Source: a virus (taxonomy: Duplodnaviria > Heunggongvirae > Uroviricota > Caudoviricetes). From it: 64,000 nucleotides of DNA. Location: IMG/VR virus record IMGVR_UViG_3300049638_000482, one strand, 5' to 3'. The position numbers and the translations under genes are program-made. Under the pieces are notes generated by a model. It saw only the letters and a program-made list of their open reading frames with translations. It was not told the origin of the DNA and searched no databases. Shown piece after piece: positions 29,099-41,800 of the stretch. Numbering within the stretch: position 1 is the first letter of the stretch; every line of letters begins with the position of its first letter.

Positions 29099-30403
29099 AT
29101 GGTTGAAGAAGAATCCGAGTCCAGTCTTGACCTTGCGCGCAGGTATCGTCCTAAGACTATTGAGGGTTATATTGGTAATGAAAGGATGGTGGAGACCCTC
29201 CGCAAGTCTTTCGAGGGTAAGAAGGTTTCTGAGTTCCCTCGTAAGATTATGATTACAGGCATGACGGGTTGTGGTAAGACCACCATTGCGCGTATTATCG
29301 TTCGTAGCTTCCTGTGTGAGAATCTGCAGAATGGTAAACCTTGCGAAGAGTGTGTCATGTGCAAGGAGACCGCTCGGTATGTGGAGACTGGTGATTACTC
29401 CAATTTGGAGGATTACCTTAAAGAGGTCAATGTTGGCGCAATCCGTGGTGTGGACGCCATGGAGGGTATTATTAATGAGTTCGAATATGGAGAGGGCAGC
29501 GATACTTACAAAGTGTATATCTTTGATGAGTATCAGGCTTCCTCTCGTACAGCACAGGATGCCCTTTTGAAGCGTCTTGAGGACTTGCCTGACCATATCG
29601 TGCTTATCTTTTGCACGACCAATAAGGAGGCTATCAACGAGACCATTGTGAATCGTTGCAATCTTGATTTGACGGTTCGCAAGCCGCCAATGAATGACTT
29701 GGTTAAGCTCCTCCAGGGTATTTGCCAGCGTGAGGGTTATAAGTACGAACTTGCTGGTTTGCGTGATATCTGCGTGTTCTCCGACAGTGTCATTCGTCAG
29801 GCGCTTCAGAACCTCGAGCGGGTATTATCCACCCACAAGGACGAGGGCGCCACTGAGAAGGCTGTCAAAGAGGAGCTTGATGTCATTTCCGAAGGTGATG
29901 TTCTGTCGTTCTTCCGTGCCATGCTGGATGGTGATAATAACAAGTATGTGTCGCTGGTGTATACTATCGCACAGAGGGGTAACATCAGGCAATTCCTGAG
30001 ATACACCGACGTTTTGCTTGAGCGTGGTCTATTGGTTGCCAATGGCATCACTTCCGTGGAAGGCTTGACCACGCTTGAGGTACAGAAGTATCAGAAGATT
30101 TTCACCAGCTTTTCCCAAGAGGAGTTGGTCAATATCGCTACAGGCCTCCGTAAGGTGCGCAAGGGCAGTGAGTCCACGATTGTCATTGATTTGATTACTC
30201 TGTTCTACACTTTCTCCAATACGGGGTATGTTAACGAAGATGATGTGGCGGTTGTCGATACCAAGAAGGGCGTGGACGAGAAAGCCGTCAGGGGTATTAC
30301 TCAGGAAGAGAAGAAGCAAGCCGAAGATTCTCTGCTCAACGATAATTTGAAACAGGGTATACAGCCGCTTAGTGCGGAGGATATCCTTGCGGCGTGGAAA
30401 TAA
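29099..30403 (+). CDS. DnaX-like AAA+ clamp-loader ATPase (DNA polymerase III gamma/tau-like)
   Basis: Walker A ITGMTGCGKTT. Zn module CENLQNGKPCEECVMC directly after it, as in DnaX. Walker B KVYIFDEYQ. Sensor-1 TTN in IFCTTN. SRTAQDALLKRLED box VII-like. Confidence 0.7.
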   Translation: MVEEESESSLDLARRYRPKTIEGYIGNERMVETLRKSFEGKKVSEFPRKIMITGMTGCGKTTIARIIVRSFLCENLQNGKPCEECVMCKETARYVETGDYSNLEDYLKEVNVGAIRGVDAMEGIINEFEYGEGSDTYKVYIFDEYQASSRTAQDALLKRLEDLPDHIVLIFCTTNKEAINETIVNRCNLDLTVRKPPMNDLVKLLQGICQREGYKYELAGLRDICVFSDSVIRQALQNLERVLSTHKDEGATEKAVKEELDVISEGDVLSFFRAMLDGDNNKYVSLVYTIAQRGNIRQFLRYTDVLLERGLLVANGITSVEGLTTLEVQKYQKIFTSFSQEELVNIATGLRKVRKGSESTIVIDLITLFYTFSNTGYVNEDDVAVVDTKKGVDEKAVRGITQEEKKQAEDSLLNDNLKQGIQPLSAEDILAAWK

Positions 30404-30418
30404 CTTTTAGGAGATATA

Positions 30419-31261
30419 ATGAGAGTATCTAAGGCTATTAAGTTCTTTATAGTGCCTATCCTCATGCTTTTTGCTTTGGGTATCGGCGCTAATGCGGCTT
30501 TTGCTGAGGATTTGGGCGGTTTCAGTTCTGATGACGGCAATTCGTCCTCTCAGACGTATAACTGGGATAACCAGTCCAACAGTGACAGCAACGGCAATGA
30601 CGATTACTCCATCTATGGCAATGGTGGCAACTCTGATGGACTCAAGCTCGATAAGAACGATGACGCGGGTATTTCCAATATGTTGCGTAATCAGCACCCA
30701 GTGACCCAGGATTCCATGGCTCGTGCGCAGAATGGTGTGGCTCCTCTGGTCAGAATGATTTCGGGTTTCATCTCGCTCATTCTGGTTCTGCTCAGTATTT
30801 GGATTTTCGCTCAGACTGCTATCGATTTGGTGTATCTCGTTGTTCCGTTCTCTCGTGGAATGCTCAATCCTAATATGGCAGCCAGCGGTGGTGCAGCAAT
30901 GGGTGCCATGGGTGCTGGCGCAGGCATGGGAATGGGAATGGGCATGGGCGGTGGCGCTCAGGTCTCTGGTAACGGTGGAAAGAAGTGGGTTTCTGATGAA
31001 GCCGAGCAAGCTCTGAACGAAGGTCAGGCCGGTTCCGTCGGTGCCGCGAATGGTGCCATGGGCATGGGAATGAGTATGGGCATGGCTCCCCAGCAGAACA
31101 AGCCTAAGAACGTTCTGGGCATTTACCTCAAGAAGCGTATCGGTTTTATGATTCTGTTCGCTATCTGCCTCATCGTGCTGTTCTGCACCGTTCCGCTTAC
31201 CATCGGCACTACGACAGCCAATACGCTGGTGTCGTGGGTCAGCAACTTCTTGGGTATCTGA
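30419..31261 (+). CDS. secreted/membrane protein, paralogue 1 of a three-member family (signal peptide, 2 TM, Gly/Met-rich loop)
   Basis: Signal peptide. Conserved block AQTAIDLVYLVVPFSRGML and C-terminal GIYLKKRIGFMILFAICLIVLF shared with ORFs 43956 and 44938. GAMGAGAGMGMGMGMGGG loop. Confidence 0.65.
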   Translation: MRVSKAIKFFIVPILMLFALGIGANAAFAEDLGGFSSDDGNSSSQTYNWDNQSNSDSNGNDDYSIYGNGGNSDGLKLDKNDDAGISNMLRNQHPVTQDSMARAQNGVAPLVRMISGFISLILVLLSIWIFAQTAIDLVYLVVPFSRGMLNPNMAASGGAAMGAMGAGAGMGMGMGMGGGAQVSGNGGKKWVSDEAEQALNEGQAGSVGAANGAMGMGMSMGMAPQQNKPKNVLGIYLKKRIGFMILFAICLIVLFCTVPLTIGTTTANTLVSWVSNFLGI

Positions 31262-31305
31262 GTAAGGAAGTTGAGGGGCGCCTAGAGACGCCAAGGGGTG
31301 CTAAT

Positions 31306-31340
31306 AATCCCAGCCATTTGCAAAGATGGCTGGGATTTTC
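31306..31340 (+). terminator. Rho-independent terminator
   Basis: Perfect 12-bp inverted repeat aatcccagccat / atggctgggatt with an 8-nt loop, followed by ttct. Confidence 0.6.
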
Positions 31341-31370
31341 TAAATAAATAAAAGATTTTATAGATATTAC

Positions 31371-31399
31371 TTGACTTTGTTGGCAGGTTATGCTATTAT
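31371..31399 (+). promoter_or_regulatory. near-consensus sigma-70-type promoter
   Basis: TTGACT (31371-31376), 17-nt spacer, TATTAT (31394-31399), in an AT-rich intergenic region ~50 nt upstream of the 31450 gene. Confidence 0.5.
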
Positions 31400-31449
31400 A
31401 GGTAGTGTTAGTTCGATAGGAGCCGTGAGGCTCGGAAGGAAGGGTTAAG

Positions 31450-32643
31450 ATGTTTGAGGAAGATAAGAAGGACGATGTAGAGGTCAATGAACCTGACACC
31501 ATCACCATACCAGCGGGTATTACAAATGAGGATGGAGTTCCGCCCGAAGGCGCTGAGTGGGCTGAGAAGCCCAAGCACAATCGCAAGAAGCTAATAGCCA
31601 TCATCATCGCGGTGGTGATGATGGTTCTCGCGGGTATTGGCGGCGGCTACGCCTACTACACACACCGGGAATCGACTGCGTACCACGCGGCGGTCGCGCA
31701 GGCGGAGGTGGCTGACAAGGCGCTTTCGGAGGCGGTGGACGATGCCACGGCCACCGAGTACAAGGCGGATCAGCTCAAGGAGCCGGAGCTGCTGGACAAG
31801 CTCAACGATGCCATCGGGAAGGCGGAGGCGCTCAAGGGCATCCCCGAGGACCATCCGGGCGAGTGGCTGGCGTGGCAGCTCGCCTCCGCGAAGAAGGCTA
31901 ATGCCGCGGACGCGGACGAGGCCAATGCCCAGGTGGAGGCGCTCGATGCCGCGCTCGAGGCAGTCAAGGACAGCAAGCTGGCGAAGGAGACGGACTCCGC
32001 AAAAGACCAGCTCAAGCAGGGTATTGACAGCGCGAGCCAGACCCTCAAGGACACGGAGGGGAAGGTGGCGGACAACGCCACCCGTGACACCCTCACGAAG
32101 GCCATCGACGAGGCGAACAAGACCATCGGCAAGAAGGATGTGTCCGACCCGAAGGTCTACACCGACCAGAAAGCGAAGCTCGATGCCGCCGTCAAGCAGG
32201 TGAACGACTCTAAGGCAGCTAAGGATAAGGCGGATGCCGAGGCCGCAGCCGCCGCGCAGGCAGCCGCAGAAGCCGCCGCAGCGCAGGCTCAGGCGCAAGC
32301 TCAAGCGCAGGCTCAGGCGCAGGCAGACGCAGCAGCCGCGCAGTCGCAACGCACCTACTCCCAGTCCTACAGCAGCGGGTATTCCGCTCCGAGGCAGACT
32401 TACGCCGCTCCGAGGCAGACTTACGCCGCTCCGCAGCAGACCTACACCGCGCCGAGGCAGACTTATACTGCGCCACAGCAGACTTACACCGCTCCACAGC
32501 ATACCTACACTGCACCGAGAAATAACGGCGGCTCCTCCAGTGGTTCTAGCCTTGCCGATCGGATCGGCGCCAGTTCAGGAGGGCACGGAGTGCCTTGCGA
32601 CGAATCGTGCCAAGCCCACGTCCATGATCCCATCGTGCGTTAA
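31450..32643 (+). CDS. membrane-anchored Ala/Lys/Asp-rich coiled-coil protein with (AQ)n and QTY(T/A)AP repeats and Cys/His-rich C-terminus
   Basis: N-terminal TM LIAIIIAVVMMVLAGIGGGY, long helical A/K/D/E segment, seven ~7-aa repeats (A/T)P(R/Q)QTY(A/T), terminal HGVPCDESCQAHVHD. Confidence 0.65.
   Translation: MFEEDKKDDVEVNEPDTITIPAGITNEDGVPPEGAEWAEKPKHNRKKLIAIIIAVVMMVLAGIGGGYAYYTHRESTAYHAAVAQAEVADKALSEAVDDATATEYKADQLKEPELLDKLNDAIGKAEALKGIPEDHPGEWLAWQLASAKKANAADADEANAQVEALDAALEAVKDSKLAKETDSAKDQLKQGIDSASQTLKDTEGKVADNATRDTLTKAIDEANKTIGKKDVSDPKVYTDQKAKLDAAVKQVNDSKAAKDKADAEAAAAAQAAAEAAAAQAQAQAQAQAQAQADAAAAQSQRTYSQSYSSGYSAPRQTYAAPRQTYAAPQQTYTAPRQTYTAPQQTYTAPQHTYTAPRNNGGSSSGSSLADRIGASSGGHGVPCDESCQAHVHDPIVR
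32386..32517 (+). repeat. 21-bp coding tandem repeat (~6 copies)
   Basis: ccgaggcagacttacgccgct-like units. Confidence 0.6.
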
Positions 32644-32675
32644 CATCTTTTTTTGCTTTCTTCTTCTTGTCTGAG

Positions 32676-32702
32676 CCCCACCTCTTCACCGAGGTGGGGT
32701 TC
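32676..32702 (+). terminator. possible terminator hairpin
   Basis: ccccacctc / gaggtgggg 9-bp stem with a 6-nt loop, then a weak T run. Confidence 0.35.
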
Positions 32703-32838
32703 ATCGAAGTCCTGTCAATGGTGCGGTTGCCCTCAGTACTTCATTTTTCCTGTGTAATACCCATCTCTTGATTGCCTGTTTGACGGCGAGCAGGCCGCTT
32801 GCGTGGCTTTGCTTATGTAGTCAAGATTAAGGAGCGTT

Positions 32839-35800
32839 ATGCAGTTTAAGAAGCATAATTCCAAGACTCCGCCCGAGCGTAAGCCGAAATGGCTGAGGAA
32901 GGGTATTGCCCTTCTCGCAGCTGTGGCGACACTTGCCACGGGCGGTGTTGTCGCTTCCACGGCTTATGCCGGTGGTGGCGGTGGAAACCAGAAAGCCTCG
33001 GGTGGTTGGACTGGCGGCGATATCCCACAGGTGTTCTGGGAGTACAAGGACGGGGCGCTTTCCAACCAGAATGATGTGACGTCAGGTTCGTTCGGACCGG
33101 CGAACGAATATCAGTCCGCGGTGAACGCATTTGACGAGGCTGGCGCGACCATCAGCAGCCAGAACATTGAGGGTTCGGTTGGTTCGGACAAGGTTAAGAA
33201 AGCGCTCAACGACGCCAACAAAGAGTGCGTGGACGGCTTCCATGCCCGTCATCCGGGTGAGGGTGATGGTAATTGCCGTGTGGTCGCGGTCGGTGCCATG
33301 GTCTTGCCGGGTACCAAAGAGTACAACGGCACCGCGTTCGACAACATTAACCATGCTGAACTGGATGGCAAGAACCAGTGGCAGTATGCTTGGGATAAGT
33401 ACATCAAGCCCAACACGTATGCCTATGCAGGCACTCGGCCATATGACGTCAACACTGCTTTCAACGATGAGCCCGGTATGTCCGTGCAGAAGATCATGGC
33501 GAGGGACACCTACGACGACATCAACAAGTGGGATGACCCCATCGTGAATATCGTGAACGTGAACAAGTCCGTCGTCGTGATTGTTCTGGATAAGTACCAG
33601 CCTGCTGGGGTTCCGAAGTTCTCCCCCACCATCTCCACCGATGCCCCTAGCACCATTCAGGAGGGTCAGAATATCACCGATAAGGTGACGGTCGGCGTGA
33701 AGCCGGGTGAACAGTGGGTAACCGGAGCAAGTGTCAAGGCGAAGGGGTATTACTTCACCGGCCCGAAGGACGCTATTCTTAGGGTTCAAGATTTTAAGGC
33801 TAACCTAACAACGGCTACCACCGCTGACTTTAATAATTACATTAATCAGATAAAGTCAGCTGGAGGAGTGCGGCAGCTTGGTGACACGGTGATTGAAACA
33901 TTTACCTCACCTACGTCGCGGACGGTAACCCTTGATCAAAAGGCTCCAGAGAATACGTGGGGTACATGGGTTTGGATTATTGATAAGAATGACCAGGATG
34001 GAAATACTAAGAATTCTTTGAAGAGCAGTGATATCTCTCTGTTTGGTCAGTCAGTTGAGTCCACGCTGTATCCTTCCTATCCGAATATTTGGTCTGAGGT
34101 TGCTGAGCCTTATGCTGAGAAGGGTGCAGATGTCCGTGACGTCCTTCATATCAATGGTCTGCCTAGGGACTTTGGTCAGTTCCAGGGTGCTAACAATGGG
34201 CGTATTAAGGCAGATAACACCACCTTCACGATGAAGGTCTTCTGGAGCGGTTCTGGCAAGGAGAATTACGAAGAGGATAAGCAGTATGCTCCTACCACTG
34301 AAGCCGCGCCGGGCGAAGCCGGTGGACCTGCTTTCGATGCCAACCACAAGACGCTTGGTTCGTGGGACTTTGATATGCGTGAGGCCATGAAGAAGACCTC
34401 TAACTTTGATGGCTCACTTGATATCCCGCTGTTCGGCAATGGCGGTATCCCTGCTATTGATGGTTCTCATCCGTCTATCAAGGCAGACAAGTCCGGGTAT
34501 TACACTTTTGTGATGTATTACAATGGTGATGGTACTCGCCTTTCCTTCAAGAATGGCGCTGGCAATGGTCACACGCCTTACAATGATAACTTCGAGACTA
34601 CTCTCGTTAAGCCGGGTGCTAATAGTCCGCAAATTGCAGTTAATACGAATGTCTCCAAGGGTGAGGTCAACCCGGGTGAGAAGTTCCACGATGTTGCCAC
34701 TATTACTGGTAATGGTGGTAGCAATAAGGGCATGCTGGATGAAGGCTCCTATGTCGAGTTCAATGCTTATGGACCGACCGAGGGCACTTACAGCCCGAAG
34801 CTCCCTGATTTGCTTACTGATCAGAACCGCAAGGTCATGCTGACAAAGACTCAGATTGAGACATCAATGAAGGGTAATGCCATCGATGTGCAGTCTCCTG
34901 ATGTGAGCACGGCAGGTGCTGGCAAGGTGTATTGGCGTGCAACAGTCAAGGACTCTAAGAACAACACGCTTGCCACACATGCTCTTGGCCTTGATAATGA
35001 GACTGTGATCGTTAAGAGCCACAGCATTACCACTGAGGCAAACGCTCAGGTTGCCTATGTCGGTGAGGATGTCTCTGATACCATTCAGATTCAGGGCAAG
35101 CTGCAAGCAGGTGATACGGCTCATGTCGAGGCTTACGACGCCAACAACCATAAGATTGATGACTTCACCGAGGATATCAACCTCAACGATAAGGTAGCCG
35201 CCAGTGACTGGGGCAAGACCATTGAGGTCAAGTCCACACCGCATCGTATGGCTGCGAATTATGGCAAGGTTCAGTACAAGGTCTCTCTGATGCGCGGCAC
35301 CGCCGTTCTGGCAACCCACGATCTGGGTATTACCACTGAGGTAGTTGAATCCGCTGTACCATCTCTGTCGACCAAGGTATCTGCAGAGAACGTGACGGTT
35401 GGTCAGAAGTTCTCTGATGTTGCCAGCATTCGTGGTTATGTCGAGCCGGGTTCTTACGTGGTGTTTGACGCGTATAATCCTGTGTCTGGAGACCCTGATA
35501 CGAACGCTGGTAAGTTGCTGACTGATAACAAGGTCACCATCACTGCCAAGCAGTCTCAGGACGCTGCCAATGGTGAGACGGTGGATATCACATCCGCTGA
35601 AATTTCCACTGAGACGCCGGGTACGGTGTATTGGCACGCAGCCATCTGCGATAAGAACGGTAATAAGCTGACCGAGCACGATCTGGGTATTGCTGGTGAG
35701 AACACTATGGTGACTCCGCCTATCATCACCACTGAGGTGAGCAAGAGCGAGGTTCAGCCTGATGAGAAGTTCCACGATACGGCAGTGCTCAGTGGCGTCC

Positions 35801-38800
35801 TGTCCAAGGGTTGGTATGTGGAGTTCACTGCATACCAGTCGCAGTCTGGCGCTTGGAATGAGAAGAACGCTCAGGTTCTCCACACCAATAAGTACTATAT
35901 TACAGACAAGGATGTGGCGAACAGCGCCAAGGGCGAGGAAGTTAAGGTCTCCTCTGAAGATGCCTCGACTAAGACCGCAGGCAATGTCTACTACAGGGCA
36001 GAGATTAAGAATGCAAATGGTACTGTTCTGGCATCCCACCAGGTGGGTATTTCCTCCGAGACGGTTATTGTTCAGGGACCTGAAATCACGACGCAGGAAT
36101 CCACGAATGGTCAGGGTTCTCAGCCGGGTGAAAAGTTCCATGATACCGCTACTATCAAGGCCAGCAACTCTGGCGTGCTGAGCGAAGATTGGTACGTTGA
36201 GTTCACCGCTTATAACCCTGTTCAGGGTGGTGCTGACCAGGTCAACGAACAGATTGGCACGATTCTCGACCGACAGAAGGTCTACCTCAAGGGTGCCCTT
36301 TCCGGTGATAAGAAGACTGCTACGGTTCGTTCTCAGGATGTCTCCACTCCGAATTCCGGTAACGTTTACTGGAAGGCAGAGCTGAAAGCTAAGGACGGCA
36401 CTCTGCTGGCTACCCACCAGTTGGGTATTGCGAATGAGACCACTATGATTGCCCCCGGTGGCATCGTGACTTCTCACGCGCAAACCATGGGTGCGGTTGG
36501 CGAGCAGCTGTATGATGAGATTACAGTCTACGACGAGACCCCCGCAGTTGAGAGCAAGGACAACAAGGACCATAAGGGTAACGGCTCGGGCAATACTGAT
36601 GGCTTCGGTCATGTTCCGGCTGGCTCCTATGTGACTGTTGAGCTGTATCGTCAGTCAGGCAGTGATGAGGGTGACGGTCAGGCGAGCAATTTGGTGGCTT
36701 CCAAGAACTTCACGGTGGACACCACGAAGTTCAAGGCCATCAAGGATGGTCAGACTGACTCCCGCCCAGGGTATTACACCTTCAAGGCAACCGACCCCAG
36801 CTTCGTGGCTCAGTACGCTGGTCAGTATTGGTGGAAGGCTACTCTGTACACCCCGACTGCTCGTGAGCTTGATACGCATAAGTATGGTGAGGAAGGCAAC
36901 AAGCACGGGGTTGGTTATGAGTCCTTCGAGCGCACCAACGTTCAGAAGTACTCCACCACTGTCTCCAAGAAGTGGCTGTCCGTTGATGATGCTGAGTATG
37001 CTCAGGGTAATAACGACGGCAAGGATCCCGAGGGTGGCAAGACTCTTCAGGTCTACGATGTCCTTCGCCAGACCGGCTACGAGAAGCCTAACGACGATTA
37101 CCGCAAGGGTGATACTGGTCAAACCGTTGCTGGCGCTAAGTACACCTTCGAGATTTGGAAGCGTGATGGTGCCAACGCCAATCAGAAGGTCAAGACGCTG
37201 ACCACTAATGACCTGCCTAAGCTCGCTGAGGTGACGGATAACCAGGCTGATGGTGATGTCAAGCGTGGTGCTGATGATCTGGATAGCTTCCAGAACGTTA
37301 AGTCCGAGACAGTCACCATCGATAAGAGCTATTCTCCGTCCAAGTACTACTTCCGTGTTAAGATTACCGTTCCGACGGCTTCCACCACGGGTATTGGTAC
37401 GGACCCGACAAACCCCGGCTATGATGTTGTGTGGTACGGCTCCACAGCTGGAAACTACACTACGGATGCCGCTCGGGATGCAGGCTTCGGTGGTAACTCC
37501 AATAACGGACTCACCTACAATGAGACTGCCTATGGGTATTCCGAAGATGAAGCCTTCGATGTTCTCAAGATGAAGACCCGCACTACGGAGAACCTTTGGG
37601 TGACTCCGCAGCAGGGTAAGATTACTGATGATATTGAGCTCTGGGGCAACATCCCGGCTAAGTCTCAGTACGAAGTCGAGGTCTGGAAGCTTGCCGATGG
37701 TCAGAACACCGATACCGAGGGTGCTACTGCAGCTAAGAAGGTTGCTACATCGGGTCGCCAGAATGTGCCTAGTAAGGCCATCGGTGCGCACCTCGATGGT
37801 GTAATCTTCCGCAGCGTGGAGATTAACAACCCGGGCGTCGGTTCTTACCAGTTCCGCTTGAAGTTCTACTCTCCTGAGCAGCCGCATAAGGACGGCGCTG
37901 GTCTTGGAACCGGCGGCGACACTACCATGAATCCAGCTACCGGTGTCATCACCGAGGAGTGGATGAGGGCAGCTGGTGGCTCCACTGCTAAGGGCTACAA
38001 CTCTGGCGATTACTGGAAGCAGGCCAATAACAAGCAGAAGGGCAATGGTGACGGGTATTCCGACCGTTGGCTGATGTTTGATGGCAAGAAGACGGAAGAC
38101 GAGCAGTTCGAGGTTGTCAAGCTCACGACTGATGTTACCAGGGCCGACCCGAATAACTATCAGTCCGTCGGCAACGAGCATTACGTCGATGTGACCAAGG
38201 GTAAGGTTGTTAGTGACTACCTGACGATTGAAGGTCACATGCTTGCTGGTTATCGCATTCAGTATGAACTGTGGCGCAAGGATAACACCAACCACAAGAT
38301 TACTGATGAGTATGCCTACTCCGAGGATAAGGGTGACCGTAGGGTATTCTCCACTCCGGTGCACACCCTGACGGCTGGTCAGACTTCTGACCAGACGGAA
38401 GCCTACACGCTGTATGAGCCCGGCGATTATTACTGGACCTATGACTTCACCAAGCCTGTGGATGCTCCACATCATCTGGCTGGCGATGTTCATGAGGAGA
38501 ACCAGAATAACGACGATACTCAGGTGTTCCTCCCGGCGAATAGCAAGCACGTCTACTCCAATCGTAATATCGTTGCTGAAAGGTTCCACGCAATCCGTAT
38601 TACCACTGCCGCCTATCGTTGGGCTGGTAAGGGTGAGAAGATTAAGGATACACTTCGAATCGAGGGTTGGCTCGATGGCAATTCCGATGTGGTGTTTAAC
38701 CTCATGGAGAAGGACGTTGATGCTGAGAAGGCTCCGGCGGCTTCCACCAAGTCTGTGAAGGTCAAGGACCTTACTTACGAAGGTGGCAAGAAGTTCGACG

Positions 38801-41800
38801 CTGATGCCTATGAGCAGAATCTGTGCAGCCCTGAGCTGGTGGTTCCTGATTCCAAGGATTACTACTGGTCTGAGGTTGTGACTCTGCCCAACAATCAGCA
38901 GGTGTTCCACCGTGGAGACAAGAACGAGCCTTCTGAAAGCCTCCGTTCCATCGACTCCATCACGGATACCTCCACGGAGTACATGAAGGGCACTCCGCTT
39001 TCCGATCACTCTCGTTTGGATAATGTCTCTTACGATAGTGCCATTCGCACTTACGTTCAGGGTAAGTTCCAGACCAGTGGCGACAGCCTCGACAATCAGA
39101 AGAATACTCCGAAGTTTATTGACGGTGAGCTCCGCTCCACGTGGCGTCTGTACAAGCAGGATGCTGGTGCCGATGCCGCTAAGGATACTCTGGTTGCCGT
39201 GCTGAATGGTAAGGATGCTCCTTCTGAGGTTACCAAGGGCATGTCCAGCGCTGAGAATGCTGTCCAGCTCAATAAGGGTCAGGTCGATGCTGATTCTGCT
39301 AAGTGGGATAGCTCCAAGGCTGAACTGGGCGACTACTACTGGGTCAACGTCATCTGGAATAACACCGATAAGAAGGTAATCCAGACTGGCAAGGCTCGTG
39401 ACCCCCGTGAGTCCTTCGCTATCATCGAGGCTAAGTCTGAATCTCAAGCTGAGCGTGGCGCTAAGCAGACCTTGCAGGACACTGTAACCATCAGTGGTCC
39501 GGTCAAGGAAGGCACTATGGTGTCTTGGAAGCTGTACAAGCGTGCACTCCAGTCCAGCGAGGACAAAGACAAGACCTCTGATGCCAAGGATGCTGAGGAC
39601 GCCACAGATAAGGACGCCAAGGACGCCACCTCGGGTATTACCACGGATGACGCCGCAGCGGATGCCCAGAAGTACGAAGACACTCTGGTGACTGAGTACT
39701 CCGACCCGGCTCATGGTGCTGTGCTGATTACCGCTGATGAAGCTGCCACGGCTAAGAAGGAAGGTAAGGTGACCATAAAGTCGCCTGAAACCGACCCGAT
39801 GGACGTGGGTGAGTACCACTGGGTATTCTCGCTGACTGCACCTGCCAAGAATATTGATTACGGTAAGTATGTCAATGGCAAGTACACCGGAACCTTCCAG
39901 GGTGATGGCACTGTCAAGAAGCCTGTAAAGGATTCTGACGGTAAGTACACCACTGCGCACCTTGCGGATAACGATCCTAAGACTCCGGAGCCTGATCCGT
40001 TCTTCGAGGACCTTGCTAAAGAGCCTCACGAGACCACTCAGGTTATCGACGCTCATACCAAGGCTCAGAAGTACGCTTACATCAATAAGGAGTTCTACGA
40101 CCGCATCGAGTTCGAAGGCCATGTTGTTAAGGGCACTCAGGTTGAGTGGGACCTCTACAAGCAGGCCGACGACGCCAAGACCAACACCGAGGCCGAGGAT
40201 AAGTCCAACGCCGACGCCGAGGATAAGGCCGACGCTGAGGGAGCAGACAAGTCCGATGCTGAAGGCAAGTCCGACGCTGAAGGCAAGGCTGACGAGTCCT
40301 CTGATGAGGATAAGTCTGCTGATGTTGATACGTCCAAGGACACCAAGGTTCTCACCACTACCCGCGTAGTGCTTGAGGATGGTCAGAGCTACGCTGATTC
40401 TCCGAAGGTCAAGGTTCCTGATGTGGGCACCTATTACTGGGTGCATCGCGTCTATGATCCTGTGGAGCATTACGTTCCGACCGAGGATGCAAGCGCTTCT
40501 GACAAGAAGTCCGATAACAAGAACCCCATCAAGAAGGCAGCAGAGGGTATTAAGGACGCCATCAAGGGCGCTGCTAATGCTGTTAAGGATGCTGTAAAGG
40601 GTTCCGACAAGGATAAGAGCAAGGATGAAGACAAGTCGGCTACGGCTGAAGATGAAATCCCTGTTCACACCACGCCTATTCTGACGGGTAAGCCGCGTGT
40701 CGATACGGAGACCACTTGGGTATTCCACATCTACACTAAGGCTGATCCGCTTCAGGAAGCTGGTAACATCCTTCAGGATACTGCCTACATCGATGGACCG
40801 GTTCAGGACGGTATGTTGGTCTACTTCCAGCTGTTCCAGCAGGATTCGGGCAATGACCCGATGCTGGATAAGCTGATTGGCAGCACCGGCTTCGTGACCT
40901 TGAAGAAGGGTCAGAACGTCCTCGTCTCTCCGGGTATTAAGTCCCCGGATACCCCCGCCAACTTCTACTGGCGTGAGTCCCTGTATCCGCCTCAGGGTGA
41001 TGAGCCTCCGTGCCCGCCTGATGATCATGGCAACCCGCCGTGCGAAGACAATGGCTCCGATAAGCCTTGCAACCCGTGCGACGATGATAAGTGCCAAACC
41101 ACTACCAAGACCGAGAAGCCTAATAAGCCTACGTGCGATAAGGATGCCAAGGACACCGATGGTGATGGCAAGCCTGATACCAACAAGGACGGTAAGGGTT
41201 GCACTCCTAAGGACGAAGAGGATTGCGGTAAGGATGGTGGCGATTGCACACCGCCTTGCGGCAAGACCTCCAAGGACACCAATGGTGATGGTGTGCCGGA
41301 TATTACGGAAGATGGTGCAAGCTGCCTCCCGAAGTGCGAAAAGGGCGCCAAGGACACCAATGGTGACGGCATTCCGGACACCAATAAGGGCGGTTCCAGC
41401 TGCGTGGTGGATGATGACAATGATGGTGTGAACGATCATTGCACCAAGAAGCCGTGCGAGGGTACTTGCACTCCTCCGCTGAATGTGGAGAAGCCGCGTA
41501 CTCCTGATGAGTCTACTCACACCATTAAGGTGCGTACTGAGGCTCAGCAGACCACTGCTCGCAGCGGTGACCTTGTCCAGGATAAGGCAATTATCACTGG
41601 CGACATGGTTGATGGCTATGAGCTCACGTTTGAGGCTTGGAAGCAGGCCGATAACGGTGATGATACGCTGGTTTATACCACTGATGCTGTCAGCGTTTCC
41701 GCTGGAGCTAAGGAGGTAATGAGCCCGAAGTGGCGTGTCAACGAGACGGGTACATACTACTGGCGTGAGAAGCTTGTCAAGAAGTCTGACAAGACTCAAA

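Noticed and set aside
36655-41799. Very long minus-strand ORFs (1237-2538, 11336-12598, 14626-15738, 27025-28767, 36655-41799, 48878-50077, 63067-63795)
   Set aside because: Each lies entirely inside a better-supported + strand gene with a recognisable domain, RBS or signal. Their translations are low-complexity (L/R/S/G-rich), typical of antisense shadows in GC-biased, repeat-rich coding DNA. GGGTATT polarity and RBS positions support the + strand.
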